This document shows, piece by piece, positions 26,689 through 36,399 of a DNA stretch of 46,682 nucleotides (the stretch's first letter is position 1; each line of letters opens with the position of its first letter). Origin of the DNA: an uncultured bacterium (GTDB lineage: Bacteria; Patescibacteriota; Saccharimonadia; UBA4664); assembly GCA_963720265.1 (NCBI GenBank), contig CAVRET010000001.1:521113-567794 (forward strand), read 5' to 3'. A program made the position numbers and the translations under genes. The notes under the pieces were generated by a model. That model was not told the origin of the DNA and did not search any database. It was given only the letters and a program-made list of their open reading frames with translations.

Positions 26689-27261
26689 ATGGCCCAAATA
26701 CCGAAAAGTCAGATCGCGGAGTTTCGCGCGTCCACGCCTAGTGTGATGAAGTTGCGCCTGGAGGAGCTGGAGGTGACGCAATACTTTGGCGTAATTTTTT
26801 CGCAGCGGGCAATTCCTACCATGACCAAGCAGGATATGACCGGGTTTTTGAGCTTTCGGCAGAATAAGCGCTGGCGGGAGATTAGCCGTGAAGATGTGAC
26901 GGCGGATATGCCGAGGCTGCGCAAAGCGATAGCCTGTCTGGTCGACGAGTCGCGGCCGATTAGCGCGCGAATGGACCAGCTTGAACCCGGGCGCGGGGAA
27001 CTGGCAGTGCCACATCTGGGCAAGGCCAAGTTGACACCAATATTACTCGTGAGCCACCCGAAGCAGTATGGCGTATGGAATGATTACTCGGAACGGGCGC
27101 TGCAGGGAATGGGCGTGTTTCCGGAGTTTGCGGCTCATTGGCATCTTGGCGAACAATACACGGCCGTCAACCAGGTGTTGGCCGGGGTGGCGGCCGAATA
27201 CAACGTGAGCTTGTGGTGGCTGGATGTTATTTTGGAGCGAATCGCGCGGCTCGTGCGATAG
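26689..27261 (+). CDS. Hypothetical protein
   Basis: 190-aa ORF. TACAAT ends 6 nt before the ATG and there is no SD, so the transcript may be leaderless. No motif recognised. Confidence 0.35.
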   Translation: MAQIPKSQIAEFRASTPSVMKLRLEELEVTQYFGVIFSQRAIPTMTKQDMTGFLSFRQNKRWREISREDVTADMPRLRKAIACLVDESRPISARMDQLEPGRGELAVPHLGKAKLTPILLVSHPKQYGVWNDYSERALQGMGVFPEFAAHWHLGEQYTAVNQVLAGVAAEYNVSLWWLDVILERIARLVR

Positions 27262-27310
27262 ACGAGGTCGTTGTAGGCTTTGGCCAATATGTTGACTGGA
27301 TGTATGTGTG

Positions 27311-27802
27311 TTACTGGCCCAACAGTAACGACCGCAGGGTCTCCAGATCACCGCGGATGCGAGCTTCGGCGACGGCTTCGATCACCGGCCGGGCGAGGTT
27401 AAAGACGGCTTTCGAGAACATGAGGTGTGCGTTGCAAACTAAGCGACAGCGATCGCCATCGATTTCGATGATGTTGTACTTGGTCAGAAATGATACCAAA
27501 CCGGTTTGGCTTTCCAGCACAATTAAGTGCGACGGAACGAATTCCCTGACCGTAATTTCGGACCGATTGACCCGGCCTAGCATGTGGGTCTCGGTTATAA
27601 ACATCAGGCCGGGGTGCATTCATTCGGTAGTTGATACGTATACCATGTCATGAGCCCAATCTGGGAAGCGGCCCAAATCTGACATGGCGTCGAATACCAC
27701 CTGCGCCGAACATGGAAACTCAACTGCGATGGAAAGCTGATAGATCACCTCGTTAATGTAATGGATTGGGGCGTGATGGTACAACGGCAAGGCTTTGCGC
27801 AT
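27311..27802 (-). pseudogene. SRPBCC (polyketide cyclase/START-like) gene interrupted by one in-frame TGA
   Basis: ORFs 27620..27802 (60 aa, ...LGRFPDWAHDMVYVSTTE) and 27311..27619 (102 aa, MHPGLMFITETHMLGRVNRSEITVREF...) are in the same frame. They are separated only by TGA at 27620-27622. Together they make about 162 aa, the size of one SRPBCC domain. Confidence 0.55.
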
Positions 27803-27889
27803 GCGTTAGGAAACCGGGATTATGATTTATAAAGACTTGCGTCAGTGTTTCTGGACGGACCACGTGCGGTCCGCCCAGAAACATCTGGC

Positions 27890-28852
27890 TTATGCTGCAA
27901 CCAGCTCCTCTCTGGTCGCAGAAGTGGTGTAGCGCAGCTTGACACGGCGTCTGAGAGCGGCGGTTTTGCGCCGGTCGATGTTGTCGCCGGGGCGGCGCAA
28001 CAGGGTGGCGGTAGCGGCGGCAACTCCGTCAACGCCAGCATCCAAGGTGTCGCTGCCATGCATGAGTGCCTGAGTACACGCGGCATCGAACGCGTCGCCG
28101 GCTCCGCGCCGGGACAGGATCCGCCATTTACGCGGCGGATCACAGGCGAGGTGCCAGAGGCGGCAGATACCGCTTGAGACCTCGCACATTATTGTTCCGT
28201 CGGGTCCAAGCGTAAAAGCCGCGATACCGGCCTCGGGTAGGAATCCGGCGGCGGTCTTGAGTAGGTCCAGATAGCTTGTGGTATCTACACCAGGAGCCGC
28301 CCGGAGCAACTCACGCCGGTTAAGCTTTATAACCCTAGCCAGCGGGACCGCTGGCATGACGAATTCGGGCGGCCCATCCAAAAACACCTGGGCACCCAGA
28401 CGGACCGCGCATTCAGCCAGGCGAACGTAGGCGGCTGCATCGAGACCTTGCGGCAGGCTGCCCGACAGGATGGCCCAGTCCCCGGGATGGATGGTATCCG
28501 TTGCCAGATCGCAGATCTGCTGGACGTACCAATCCCGGTCGAGGTGATCCAGGCTGAAACCGTGACGCGTGAGCTTTGGGTGGTCGTACGTCTCGTCAGC
28601 TCTATATGTGAGGACGCGGGTCAGGCCAGGCACCGGCACGAATAGGGCCTCAATGCCGCGTGAGGTCAGCGCGTCGGTGAAGAAGGACAAGTCGGGCTCG
28701 CCCACCAGGCCGATGGCTTTGGCACCGGCTCCGAACGTCAGGGCGGCATTGACTCCGCCGCCGGCTGGCACCAGGAGGTTCGGTGGAACCAGCTCATCCA
28801 AAGCCGTGTTCGGCGTAAAGCTTACCGCGCTTGGTTCGAAGGGCCGCATCAT
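27890..28852 (-). CDS. PfkB-family sugar/sugar-phosphate kinase (1-phosphofructokinase/tagatose-6-P kinase-like)
   Basis: ORF 27890..28897. The likely start is M16 (28852), after gagagaggggg. Contains VPAGGGVNAAL (the GG motif region) and SRRGAGDAFDAA (PfkB signature 2). GC is high. Confidence 0.65.
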   Translation of the reverse strand: MMRPFEPSAVSFTPNTALDELVPPNLLVPAGGGVNAALTFGAGAKAIGLVGEPDLSFFTDALTSRGIEALFVPVPGLTRVLTYRADETYDHPKLTRHGFSLDHLDRDWYVQQICDLATDTIHPGDWAILSGSLPQGLDAAAYVRLAECAVRLGAQVFLDGPPEFVMPAVPLARVIKLNRRELLRAAPGVDTTSYLDLLKTAAGFLPEAGIAAFTLGPDGTIMCEVSSGICRLWHLACDPPRKWRILSRRGAGDAFDAACTQALMHGSDTLDAGVDGVAAATATLLRRPGDNIDRRKTAALRRRVKLRYTTSATREELVAA

Positions 28853-29103
28853 TGGCTTGCCCCCTCTCTCATTGTCGAAGAACCTTATGGACCGCATAAG
28901 CGCGGCTTTATCGTGAGCCTGGCAGTTGAATATGTCAATGTTTATAAATATTGGGTGGTCTTATTAGGATTTCGTGGGTGGTTTGGCCAATGCGATTGCA
29001 GAGTGGCCCACCCAGCTTGTAAAAAATGCTATACTGAGCTGTCGCTTTTGATCTCCAAAAAGCCGACAAAAACCAGCACCCCCAGTTCACCTACAGGTAA
29101 GGA

Positions 29104-29721
29104 ATGCCCATGTCGCGACGTTCCAGATACACAAACCAAGACCGGCGGCGGGCCAAGCGAGGTCTGCCCCCGCTTGGCGGACAAAGATCTCACGAAGTCG
29201 TGCCGGAAGCTGAGGCGACTGTGGACGAGGCACCGGCTGTGCCTGAGGCCTATGCCGAGGCTGTACCGACTCTCGAACAGCGCTTGGTTGCGGCCCGGCA
29301 GGTGCTCGAAGCCGAAGACCTTGTTTTCTACGTCTACGGCGACGCCGAACGGCTCCTGGGGCTTGGTCTGGTCGGTGTTTTCGTGACGCAGGGTTACACG
29401 CTAGCAGAGGCCGAACGGGCGACCATCGTCCTCGAGAGGATGGCGAAAAATCCTGCGGCCGCCCGGACGAGTGGACAATCTGGGTTCGCTAACTCCGCTC
29501 GCGGCCGGCGCAGGTGGATCGACAGAGCCAATCGGCGCCTGCATGCCGCCCGGCAAACATACGCCGCGTTCGCCGGCGAGTTTGCGGTCGATGACAAGCT
29601 GCTGGCCCGCTACATCGAGGGTCCTGACCTGAACACCCAGTCGAGCGCGGGGCACATCGTCGAGGTGCTGAAGGCTATCGACCGCGTCAACGCCATAGCG
29701 CGCCTCGATCCTGTTCAGTAA
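29104..29721 (+). CDS. Hypothetical protein with an Arg-rich N-terminus (high-GC island)
   Basis: 205-aa ORF. It is followed by a perfect 12-bp hairpin. No motif recognised. Confidence 0.35.
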   Translation: MPMSRRSRYTNQDRRRAKRGLPPLGGQRSHEVVPEAEATVDEAPAVPEAYAEAVPTLEQRLVAARQVLEAEDLVFYVYGDAERLLGLGLVGVFVTQGYTLAEAERATIVLERMAKNPAAARTSGQSGFANSARGRRRWIDRANRRLHAARQTYAAFAGEFAVDDKLLARYIEGPDLNTQSSAGHIVEVLKAIDRVNAIARLDPVQ

Positions 29722-29743
29722 CCGGTGGCGCAGGTGAATGCTC

Positions 29744-29777
29744 CCCCGGGCCCGGGCGTTTCGCACCGGGCCCGGGG
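29744..29777 (+). terminator. Perfect GC hairpin after 29104..29721
   Basis: ccccgggcccgg (29744-29755), loop gcgtttcgca, then ccgggcccgggg (29766-29777). The stem is 12 bp and there is no U-tract. Confidence 0.5.
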
Positions 29778-29953
29778 AAACCTGGACTTTCGTTATTATC
29801 CGTTAAAGACCGAAGACGTTGACGCGGGTTGGTATAAAGAAATGCATTGATATTTGAGTGAGCTAGCTTCAATCTAAGTATTCCTGTTTAGCACCCGGTT
29901 TACGTTCCTACGAAATAAGGCGGTTTTTGGATGAGGCTGACGGCGGCCAGAGG

Positions 29954-30448
29954 CTATGAAACAGTTTTGACCCAGGAGTCGTATAGCCGCTGGGACAATG
30001 ACTTGGGTCGTCCGATTGGATCGATCTTAATTGTAATGAGGCCGGAACGGTTTGCACCCACAATGTCGTTGATGATGCGGTCTCCTATCATAGCTACTTC
30101 GTTTGGGTGACAACCTGTGGTTTTAATAAGTCGATTGAAGTATCGCTTCAGGGGTTTGCGTGAGAATAGCGTTGCCGGAACAATGGTTGCGTCTAACGAT
30201 ACTGCCAGGCTCGAGATATCGTGGAGTGTGTTACTGGCCAATACGAGTTTAAAGCCGGCTCTTCTTAGTGCCGCGAGATATTCCACATATTCGGGATTTA
30301 TTTGTCGCGTCCTGCCGGGCGCGAGCGTATGGTCAAGATCGAAAGCGAGCACTTTAACGCCTCGTGATTGTAGCTTCTTCACTGGCAAATGCATCAAGTC
30401 GGCCAGGAAATCGGGATAAAGCATGAGGATTAGTCTTCGCATTGGCAT
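29954..30448 (-). CDS. YqeG-family HAD-IIIA phosphatase
   Basis: ORF 29954..30688, but homology begins near M81/M89 (starts at 30448, 30442 or 30424). Contains VLAFDLDHTL (HAD motif I), LASNT (motif II) and MIGDRIINDIVGANRSG (motif IV). Confidence 0.65.
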   Translation of the reverse strand: MPMRRLILMLYPDFLADLMHLPVKKLQSRGVKVLAFDLDHTLAPGRTRQINPEYVEYLAALRRAGFKLVLASNTLHDISSLAVSLDATIVPATLFSRKPLKRYFNRLIKTTGCHPNEVAMIGDRIINDIVGANRSGLITIKIDPIGRPKSLSQRLYDSWVKTVS

Positions 30449-30479
30449 TACGTTGATTGCATAGTATAGCGGGGACAGT

Positions 30480-31832
30480 GTGAACACAGTTAATATCGCA
30501 TACATTCGCGTCTTGAGCATCGTTGCATTTGTGCTGTTCTTGGCGGTTTTTGCGGTGGGCCTGCATCTTGCGATTAAGAATCTTGGTCTGGTGGCATTGT
30601 ATGTCGTCGCCTTGGCGGTCGGGCCGGTTGGCGGGTGGCTGATGCTCGCAAAGCGCGGCCTGGCATGGGCGATCGGTGTGATTCTCATTTCAGTCGCAGC
30701 ACTATTGTTTGTCGTGGCGACTTGGGTGTTTTTGACAAAACCCGGGAATGCGGCGAGGTTCTTGCTACTTGCTGGACTGGTCGTGGTCTATATTGCGCTG
30801 GTCGGGGTGATTGCACGCAAGTATTGGCAAGTCAGGCGTCGCCGCTCGCGTGGCCTGACAGCGCCGGCGGTAGCGGCGCCGCTGCACAAGGCCGTGCTGA
30901 TTATTAACCCAAAATCCGGGGATGGTCGGGCTGTAAAGGCGCATATCGCTGAGAGAGCCCGTGCCATGGGTATATCCGTTGCGATGATGGGGCGCGGCCA
31001 GGATATGGTTGCGCTTGCCCGAGCCGCCGTGGAGCAAGACGTGGAGCTACTCGGTGTGTCTGGCGGAGACGGCAGCTTGGGGGCGGTGGCCGGGGTGGCG
31101 ATTGAGCATAACGTCCCGTTAGTGGTTTTGCCCGGCGGCACGCGGTGTCATTTTGCTCGCGATATTGGTATGGATCCTGCCCGAATCGCGGATGCGCTGG
31201 AGGCTTTCCGGGGTGTTGAGCGTCGAGTGGATGTGGGCAAGATAAGCGACCGCGTTTTTCTTAATAACGCGTCCTTCGGCCTGTATGCCGAGACTATTAG
31301 CATGCCGGAATATCGTGACCATAAGTTGGACACAACGCTAAAAGTAGCCCGCGAGTTAATTTCGGCAGATGAACCATATTATCCGATTAAGTTTCACGAC
31401 AGTCAGGGACGCGAGTGGGATCGTGCCGCCCAGGTGCTGGTTGGCGTTAACCGTTACGAAACCACACATTTGGGAGAACTTGGAGAACGGAAACTGCTTG
31501 ACGAAGGTGTTTTGCAAGTAATTGCGATGCAAGCCATGAATGAACAAATGTTACGACACTTGGCGCGTAACGTTCGCATCGATTCGGACTCGATCGGGCC
31601 AGTTAGGCAATGGACCACGCAAGCTTTTACTGTCTCACACCCTAGCGGCCAGGTGCGTGTGGGTGTGGATGGAGAAAGCCTCGTTATGGCGTCACCGGTC
31701 CAGATGAAGATATTGCCTGGAGGCCTTACGGTGTTGGTCCCGCCGGAGGGTGTTCGATCGAGGCCGATTAGGCCTTTGTCGATCAAGGGGGCAAGGACTT
31801 TACTTGGCTTGGGCCTGGGCAAAAACGCCTAG
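30480..31832 (+). CDS. Diacylglycerol-kinase-family lipid kinase (DAGK_cat/YegS-like) with an N-terminal 4-TM region
   Basis: GTG start and about 130 aa of hydrophobic spans. Then AVLIINPKSGDG, LLGVSGGDGSLGAV and PLVVLPGGTRCHFARD, which are DAGK catalytic-domain motifs. Confidence 0.7.
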   Translation: MNTVNIAYIRVLSIVAFVLFLAVFAVGLHLAIKNLGLVALYVVALAVGPVGGWLMLAKRGLAWAIGVILISVAALLFVVATWVFLTKPGNAARFLLLAGLVVVYIALVGVIARKYWQVRRRRSRGLTAPAVAAPLHKAVLIINPKSGDGRAVKAHIAERARAMGISVAMMGRGQDMVALARAAVEQDVELLGVSGGDGSLGAVAGVAIEHNVPLVVLPGGTRCHFARDIGMDPARIADALEAFRGVERRVDVGKISDRVFLNNASFGLYAETISMPEYRDHKLDTTLKVARELISADEPYYPIKFHDSQGREWDRAAQVLVGVNRYETTHLGELGERKLLDEGVLQVIAMQAMNEQMLRHLARNVRIDSDSIGPVRQWTTQAFTVSHPSGQVRVGVDGESLVMASPVQMKILPGGLTVLVPPEGVRSRPIRPLSIKGARTLLGLGLGKNA

Positions 31833-31936
31833 TTTTTAGGCTAGTTTGTGTAGGATCTACCATAGCGGCCATTTCGACGGTAGGTTTAGCATTTCGCTAA
31901 GGACATACGATTTGGCCTGCCAAAGGAGGTGTAAGG

Positions 31937-33661
31937 ATGCTGCAGCGACTTCCAGGGATTCGAACTTTAACCGGGTATAAATTGCCTTGGCTGAGTCAAG
32001 ACCTTGTGGCCGGGATTGTCCTTACGACACTACTGGTGCCACAGGGCATGGCATACGCTGAACTCGCCGGGTTGCCGGTGATAACGGGTCTGTATACCAC
32101 GGTTCTTTGCTTGGTCGGGTATGCGATATTTGGCCCGTCACGAATTCTGGTGCTTGGCCCGGACTCGTCGCTGGGTCCAATGATTGCGGCTACGATCCTG
32201 CCGATAGTTGGAGCGGATGGAAATCCGGAAAAAGCTGTGGCGCTTGCTTCGATGCTGGCGGTCATTACCGGCGTTATCATGATCGTCTCTGGGGTGGCGA
32301 AGCTCGGGTTTGTGGCCGATCTTTTATCCAAGCCGACGCAGATTGGCTACATGAACGGACTGGCGCTGACGATTTTGGTAGGCCAATTGCCGAAACTGTT
32401 TGGATTTTCTGTGAGTGCGACCGGACTCCTGGGGGAAGTCGGCGCGTTTATTCATGGAATTTCAGCCGGTGAGGCTGTTGCGGCCGCAGTCGCGATTGGC
32501 CTCACGAGTCTAGCGCTGATCATCGTGCTTGGACGCTGGCTGCCAAGGATTCCCGGTGTACTTATGGCAGTGGTATTTGCGATTGGAGCGTCGGCCGTGT
32601 TTAATTTGGCCAGTCACGGCGTGTCGCTGGTTGGAACCTTGCCGAAAGGATTTCCACCCTTCACGCTTCCGGCTGTCAGCGACCTGCCTTTGCTGATTGC
32701 CGGCGCAATCGGTATAGCGCTGGTGGCACTTACCGATACTATCTCAACAGCTTCAGCATTTGCAGCTCGGAGCGGCCAGGAGCTTGACGGTAACGGCGAG
32801 ATGATCGGGATTGGCGCGGCCAACGTAGCGGCCGGCTTCTTTCAGGGGTTCCCGGTTAGCACAAGCGGGTCGCGGACAGCCGTAGCGGAGCAGGCGGGGG
32901 CAAAAACTCAGGTGACCGGCCTGGTAGGTGCCGCTGCAATAGTATTGATGCTCTTATTTGTGCCCGGTCTGCTGCGCAATCTGCCGCAGCCCACGCTGGC
33001 GGCGGTGGTAATAGCGGCTTCTGTATCTTTGGCAGACATTCCAGGGGTGGTCCGGCTATGGCGGCAGCGTCGTACGGAGTTTTTAATTTGTATGGCAGCC
33101 TTTTTTGGTGTGGCATTTTTCGGGGTGCTGCAAGGAATTGCGGTGGCGGTGGCGCTATCGATTGGGAATATTTTTCGGCGAGCCTGGTGGCCGTATCAGA
33201 CGACCCTCGGTATGGTTCCCAAACTGCGGGGGTACCATGACCGCCAGAGCTATCCTAAGGCACTCGTAATGCCCGGGCTCGTGATCTTTCGGTTTGACGG
33301 GCCGCTGTTTTTCGCGAACGCCCGGACTTTTCGCGACCAGATTCGACGATATGCCTCGGCTAAGCCCAAGCCCCGCTGGATTCTGATTGCGGCGCAGCCG
33401 ATGACGGATATCGATACGTCGGCCGCGGATATGCTAGATGACCTTGACGTGACGCTGAATAAGCGCGGCATCTCGCTGGCATTTGCAGAGCTTAAGGATC
33501 CCGTTCGCGCCAAGCTCGAGCGCTACAAACTTATTGGCACGTTAGATCCGAACCATTTCTTTTCGACCCTTGATGAAGCAATCGAAACGTTTATTAAAGA
33601 AACTGGTGCCCATTGGGATCAGCCAGGGCACGAGCACGAAACCACAAAGGAGGAACCATGA
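31937..33661 (+). CDS. SulP family anion (sulfate/bicarbonate) permease with a C-terminal STAS domain
   Basis: Contains DLVAGIVLTTLLVPQGMAYAELAGLP (the SulP N-terminal signature). The C-terminus has VIFRFDGPLFFANARTF...DIDTSAADML (STAS). Confidence 0.8.
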   Translation: MLQRLPGIRTLTGYKLPWLSQDLVAGIVLTTLLVPQGMAYAELAGLPVITGLYTTVLCLVGYAIFGPSRILVLGPDSSLGPMIAATILPIVGADGNPEKAVALASMLAVITGVIMIVSGVAKLGFVADLLSKPTQIGYMNGLALTILVGQLPKLFGFSVSATGLLGEVGAFIHGISAGEAVAAAVAIGLTSLALIIVLGRWLPRIPGVLMAVVFAIGASAVFNLASHGVSLVGTLPKGFPPFTLPAVSDLPLLIAGAIGIALVALTDTISTASAFAARSGQELDGNGEMIGIGAANVAAGFFQGFPVSTSGSRTAVAEQAGAKTQVTGLVGAAAIVLMLLFVPGLLRNLPQPTLAAVVIAASVSLADIPGVVRLWRQRRTEFLICMAAFFGVAFFGVLQGIAVAVALSIGNIFRRAWWPYQTTLGMVPKLRGYHDRQSYPKALVMPGLVIFRFDGPLFFANARTFRDQIRRYASAKPKPRWILIAAQPMTDIDTSAADMLDDLDVTLNKRGISLAFAELKDPVRAKLERYKLIGTLDPNHFFSTLDEAIETFIKETGAHWDQPGHEHETTKEEP

Positions 33662-35253
33662 GCGAACAGGTCATCACAGCCCAAGCGAAATCAGCAGGAG
33701 ATAACCAACGGCTAGCCATACTCTTGTCTATGGCCATGTTTGTACTCGTTGTTGATACATCGTTGATGAATGTTTCAATTGCTTCAGTAGTACGAGACCT
33801 CCACACAACGGTTAGCGGAGTTCAGTCGGCGATTGCGCTGGAGGCGTTGGTGTCCGCTGCTTTCATCCTTATTGGTAGCAAATTGGGTGATTTAATGGGG
33901 CGTAAGCGCGCCTACGTAATTGGGCTGCTTGGTTACGCCGCTGGCGCTTTATCTATGACGGTCGCGCAAAATCTGCAGCTCATCATCATTTTCTGGGCAA
34001 TCGTGGGAGGACTTGGTGCTTCCTTGATGCTGCCGGCCATGCAATCGCTCGTCCATGGCAACTTTGAGGGAGCTGCCCGCAGACGGGCGTATGCGCTCGT
34101 CGGTGCCGCTGCAGCGATTGCCGCGGCAGTCGGACCACTGCTGGGCGGATTCATCACTACCTACTTGTCGTGGCGCGTCGGGTTTTTACTTGAGGTCGTA
34201 ATTATTGCGATTGTGCTGCTGAATATAAAGCTCGTCAAGGATGTTGCATATACGGGAGAACGGAAGATCGACGTGGTTGGAGCAGTGCTTTCGGCGGTTG
34301 GTATGGGGGGTATCGTACTGAGCATTCTCATATGGCAAGAAGGCGGCGAGGCGGTGGCCGAGTTACTGACTATCGGGTGCGTAGCCCTGGTGGCATTAGG
34401 ATTTTGGCTTCTGCAGCGTAAAAAACATGACAAGCCGGTACTTATTGACCCGCAATTGTTTCAGTACAAGATGTTCAGGCTCGGCATATCCGGGCAATTG
34501 TTCCAGCAAATTAGCTTGGGCGGTTTAATGATTGTGCTTCCGATCTACTTGCAAATGGTGTTCGAGTACAGCGCAATGGAAGCGGGTTTGTCGTTGGCTC
34601 CATTGTCGCTCAGTATGTTTGCGGCGGCACTCATTGCCGGCAAGAAAGCCGGCAAGCGGCGTCCGAGCCGCATTATCCAGCTGGGGTTTGGCTTGGTGAG
34701 TCTCGGGGTCTTGGCCCTGATACCGCTGGTACCTCGAGTAGACTCTGGGTGGTATCTGGTAATCCCGCTATTGGTGGCGGGCTCAGGCTTGGGCCTGCTC
34801 GTATCTCAACTTAACAACTACACGTTGTCGCCAGTGCCAGAGGAGCGAGCCAGCGAGGCGGCCGGCGTAAATTCGGCCGGTGGTTCGTTTGGCCTGTCGT
34901 TTGGCTTGGCGTTTGCCGGTGCCATTTTACTTGCGGTATTGTCGTTAAGCTTTACCAACCAGGCCAAGTCCAGCACTGTTCTTTCGCCCTCACAACAGCA
35001 GCAAGTTTCTAAGACACTCGAACATGACGCGGAGATTATGGGTAACACGCAGCTGGCGGAGCAGCTGGCGGGCCAACCGGCCGACGTGCAGCAAGAGATC
35101 CTTAGCATTAACACTACTGCCCGCCACCACGCTCTTCAGGTCGCACTATTGATACCACTCATTGCTAGCCTTATCGGGCTGGGAAATTCCTTCAGAATGG
35201 CTCGCCTGCCAGATCCCAAACCCAGCGACGCCGAAGGGATGGTTGCGGGCTGA
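33658..35253 (+). CDS. MFS transporter, DHA2 family
   Basis: ORF 33613..35253. The likely start is ATG 33658 (ggaggaaccATGA, overlapping the SulP stop). Contains FVLVVDTSLMNVSI and GSKLGDLMGRKRAY (motif A), with about 14 TMs. Confidence 0.75.
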   Translation: MSEQVITAQAKSAGDNQRLAILLSMAMFVLVVDTSLMNVSIASVVRDLHTTVSGVQSAIALEALVSAAFILIGSKLGDLMGRKRAYVIGLLGYAAGALSMTVAQNLQLIIIFWAIVGGLGASLMLPAMQSLVHGNFEGAARRRAYALVGAAAAIAAAVGPLLGGFITTYLSWRVGFLLEVVIIAIVLLNIKLVKDVAYTGERKIDVVGAVLSAVGMGGIVLSILIWQEGGEAVAELLTIGCVALVALGFWLLQRKKHDKPVLIDPQLFQYKMFRLGISGQLFQQISLGGLMIVLPIYLQMVFEYSAMEAGLSLAPLSLSMFAAALIAGKKAGKRRPSRIIQLGFGLVSLGVLALIPLVPRVDSGWYLVIPLLVAGSGLGLLVSQLNNYTLSPVPEERASEAAGVNSAGGSFGLSFGLAFAGAILLAVLSLSFTNQAKSSTVLSPSQQQQVSKTLEHDAEIMGNTQLAEQLAGQPADVQQEILSINTTARHHALQVALLIPLIASLIGLGNSFRMARLPDPKPSDAEGMVAG

Positions 35254-35427
35254 TAGCTATGGTTTTGCTACGGGATGGATCCTGATTAAACCTCTTTTAC
35301 AATGAATTGTTCAGCGAAATACGCGGCAGCAGGTACCCTGAACGGCTAGCTTGACATCTGAATGGCCAGGGGCGCTTTAGACCCACTTGAGTGTAAGGGC
35401 AACTAGGTGCGTAGATTTGGAATGATA

Positions 35428-35451
35428 TGGATACGAGACGTTATCCGTACC
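35428..35451 (+). repeat. Repeat family copy A (short, GTTATCC part)
   Basis: tggatacgagacgttatccgtacc. The stretch tacgagacgttatccgtac matches copy E tacgggacgttacccgaac at 16/19. Confidence 0.4.
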
Positions 35452-35475
35452 ACCTACTGCTTTTAGATCGGGGAC

Positions 35476-35854
35476 TCATTTCTTGTTCGCCGCAATCGCC
35501 TCAAGAATTAGCGCCTGTAAGGCAGCTGTATCTATACTCGAGTTTTCGTAAAAGTCTATGGCCCGTACTGTCGAGCCGCGCGTTGAAGAGCTTGTTGGGA
35601 TCACGGAGCTGGATGCCCTTTGGAAACGTCAAGCGAACTGCGTGTTTTAGGATATCTGCCATACTTAGGTTGCCGGTTTGTGACCAAGCGGCAACGCCTT
35701 CGGGTCGGGAGGGTTTCTTCCACTTTACCTCTTCAACGATGTCGGGGCCTGCGCCCATGATTGCGACTCTAAGTTGTGACAGCATCTCGCCGCGCCAATC
35801 ATTCGTTTTCTTGATGATGTCGTCTATTTGCTGTGAAGGGGATTTTTCTTCCAT
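35476..35854 (-). pseudogene. DUF1801 (YdhG-like) gene with a C-terminal frameshift
   Basis: ORF 35501..35854 ends ...FNARLDSTGHRLLRKLEYRYSCLTGANS. Shifting one nucleotide at the ggccc run (about 35560-35565) gives ...AIDFYENSSIDTAALQALILEAIAANKK with a stop at 35476-35478. That is the usual DUF1801 C-terminus. Confidence 0.55.
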
Positions 35855-35898
35855 CGGGATCTAAGCCTCCTTTGTTACAGATCCTGGCGGGCAGTTTG

Positions 35899-36399
35899 CT
35901 AGTCGGGCGGAAATTCATCTAATAGTTTCGGATGTTCAAAGCGATAGGCAACTTTACTGCCAACTATCTTGAGATGGGCAAGGGCCGCCTCAAGCTCCTC
36001 TTCGACGGCCTTGCGCATTGTGATATCCCTAAGCACCAAAATATAGGCTGACTCCCCTGCAAACTTGGCAAGTTTGCCTTCGGCGTAAAAGATATTGCCA
36101 TTGGCTCTTCGCCCGATGAATCCATTCTTGCCATGCAATTCCGCTGAGCGCTCGCTAGAAGCGTTAAGTGCTGAAATGATGTTGTCCAGGCGGGCGCGTT
36201 TATTCTTAGGGACGAGCGTTTTGATAGTCGCTTGCGCTAATCGCTTGGCATCTGCGCCGAAGATATCCCCGGCGGCCGCGTTGGCATAGGCTATTTTCCC
36301 ATCGTGGCCAAATACCAAAACGGCATCATCAATAGAATCTAAAACCCGTTGCAGGAGATATTCATGATGCCCTTCAAATAAGTCTGGGAAGACCTTCAA
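35899..36399 (-). CDS. Stand-alone PAS-domain protein
   Basis: 166 aa with a TTG start. LLQRVLDSIDDAVLVFGHDGKIAYANAAAGDIFG...GNIFYAEGKLAKF...YILVLRDITMRKAVEEEL is the PAS fold pattern. There is no output domain. Confidence 0.6.
   Translation of the reverse strand: MKVFPDLFEGHHEYLLQRVLDSIDDAVLVFGHDGKIAYANAAAGDIFGADAKRLAQATIKTLVPKNKRARLDNIISALNASSERSAELHGKNGFIGRRANGNIFYAEGKLAKFAGESAYILVLRDITMRKAVEEELEAALAHLKIVGSKVAYRFEHPKLLDEFPPD

Noticed and set aside
26114-27015. ORFs 26114..26746 (+) and 26518..27015 (-)
   Set aside because: They run across a hairpin, an AT-rich promoter region and better-supported genes on the opposite strand. Their composition looks off-frame.
27620-27622. Genome-wide TGA reassignment (code 4 or 25) as the explanation for the in-frame TGA
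   Set aside because: Long ORFs translate intact under the standard code, and several well-supported genes terminate at TGA (for example 13492-13494 and 33659-33661).
28913-29386. ORF 28913..29386 (+), overlapping 29104..29721
   Set aside because: It starts in the AT-rich intergenic region and is Cys/Trp/Arg-rich. The 29104 frame has an ATG and a downstream terminator hairpin. Both remain uncertain.
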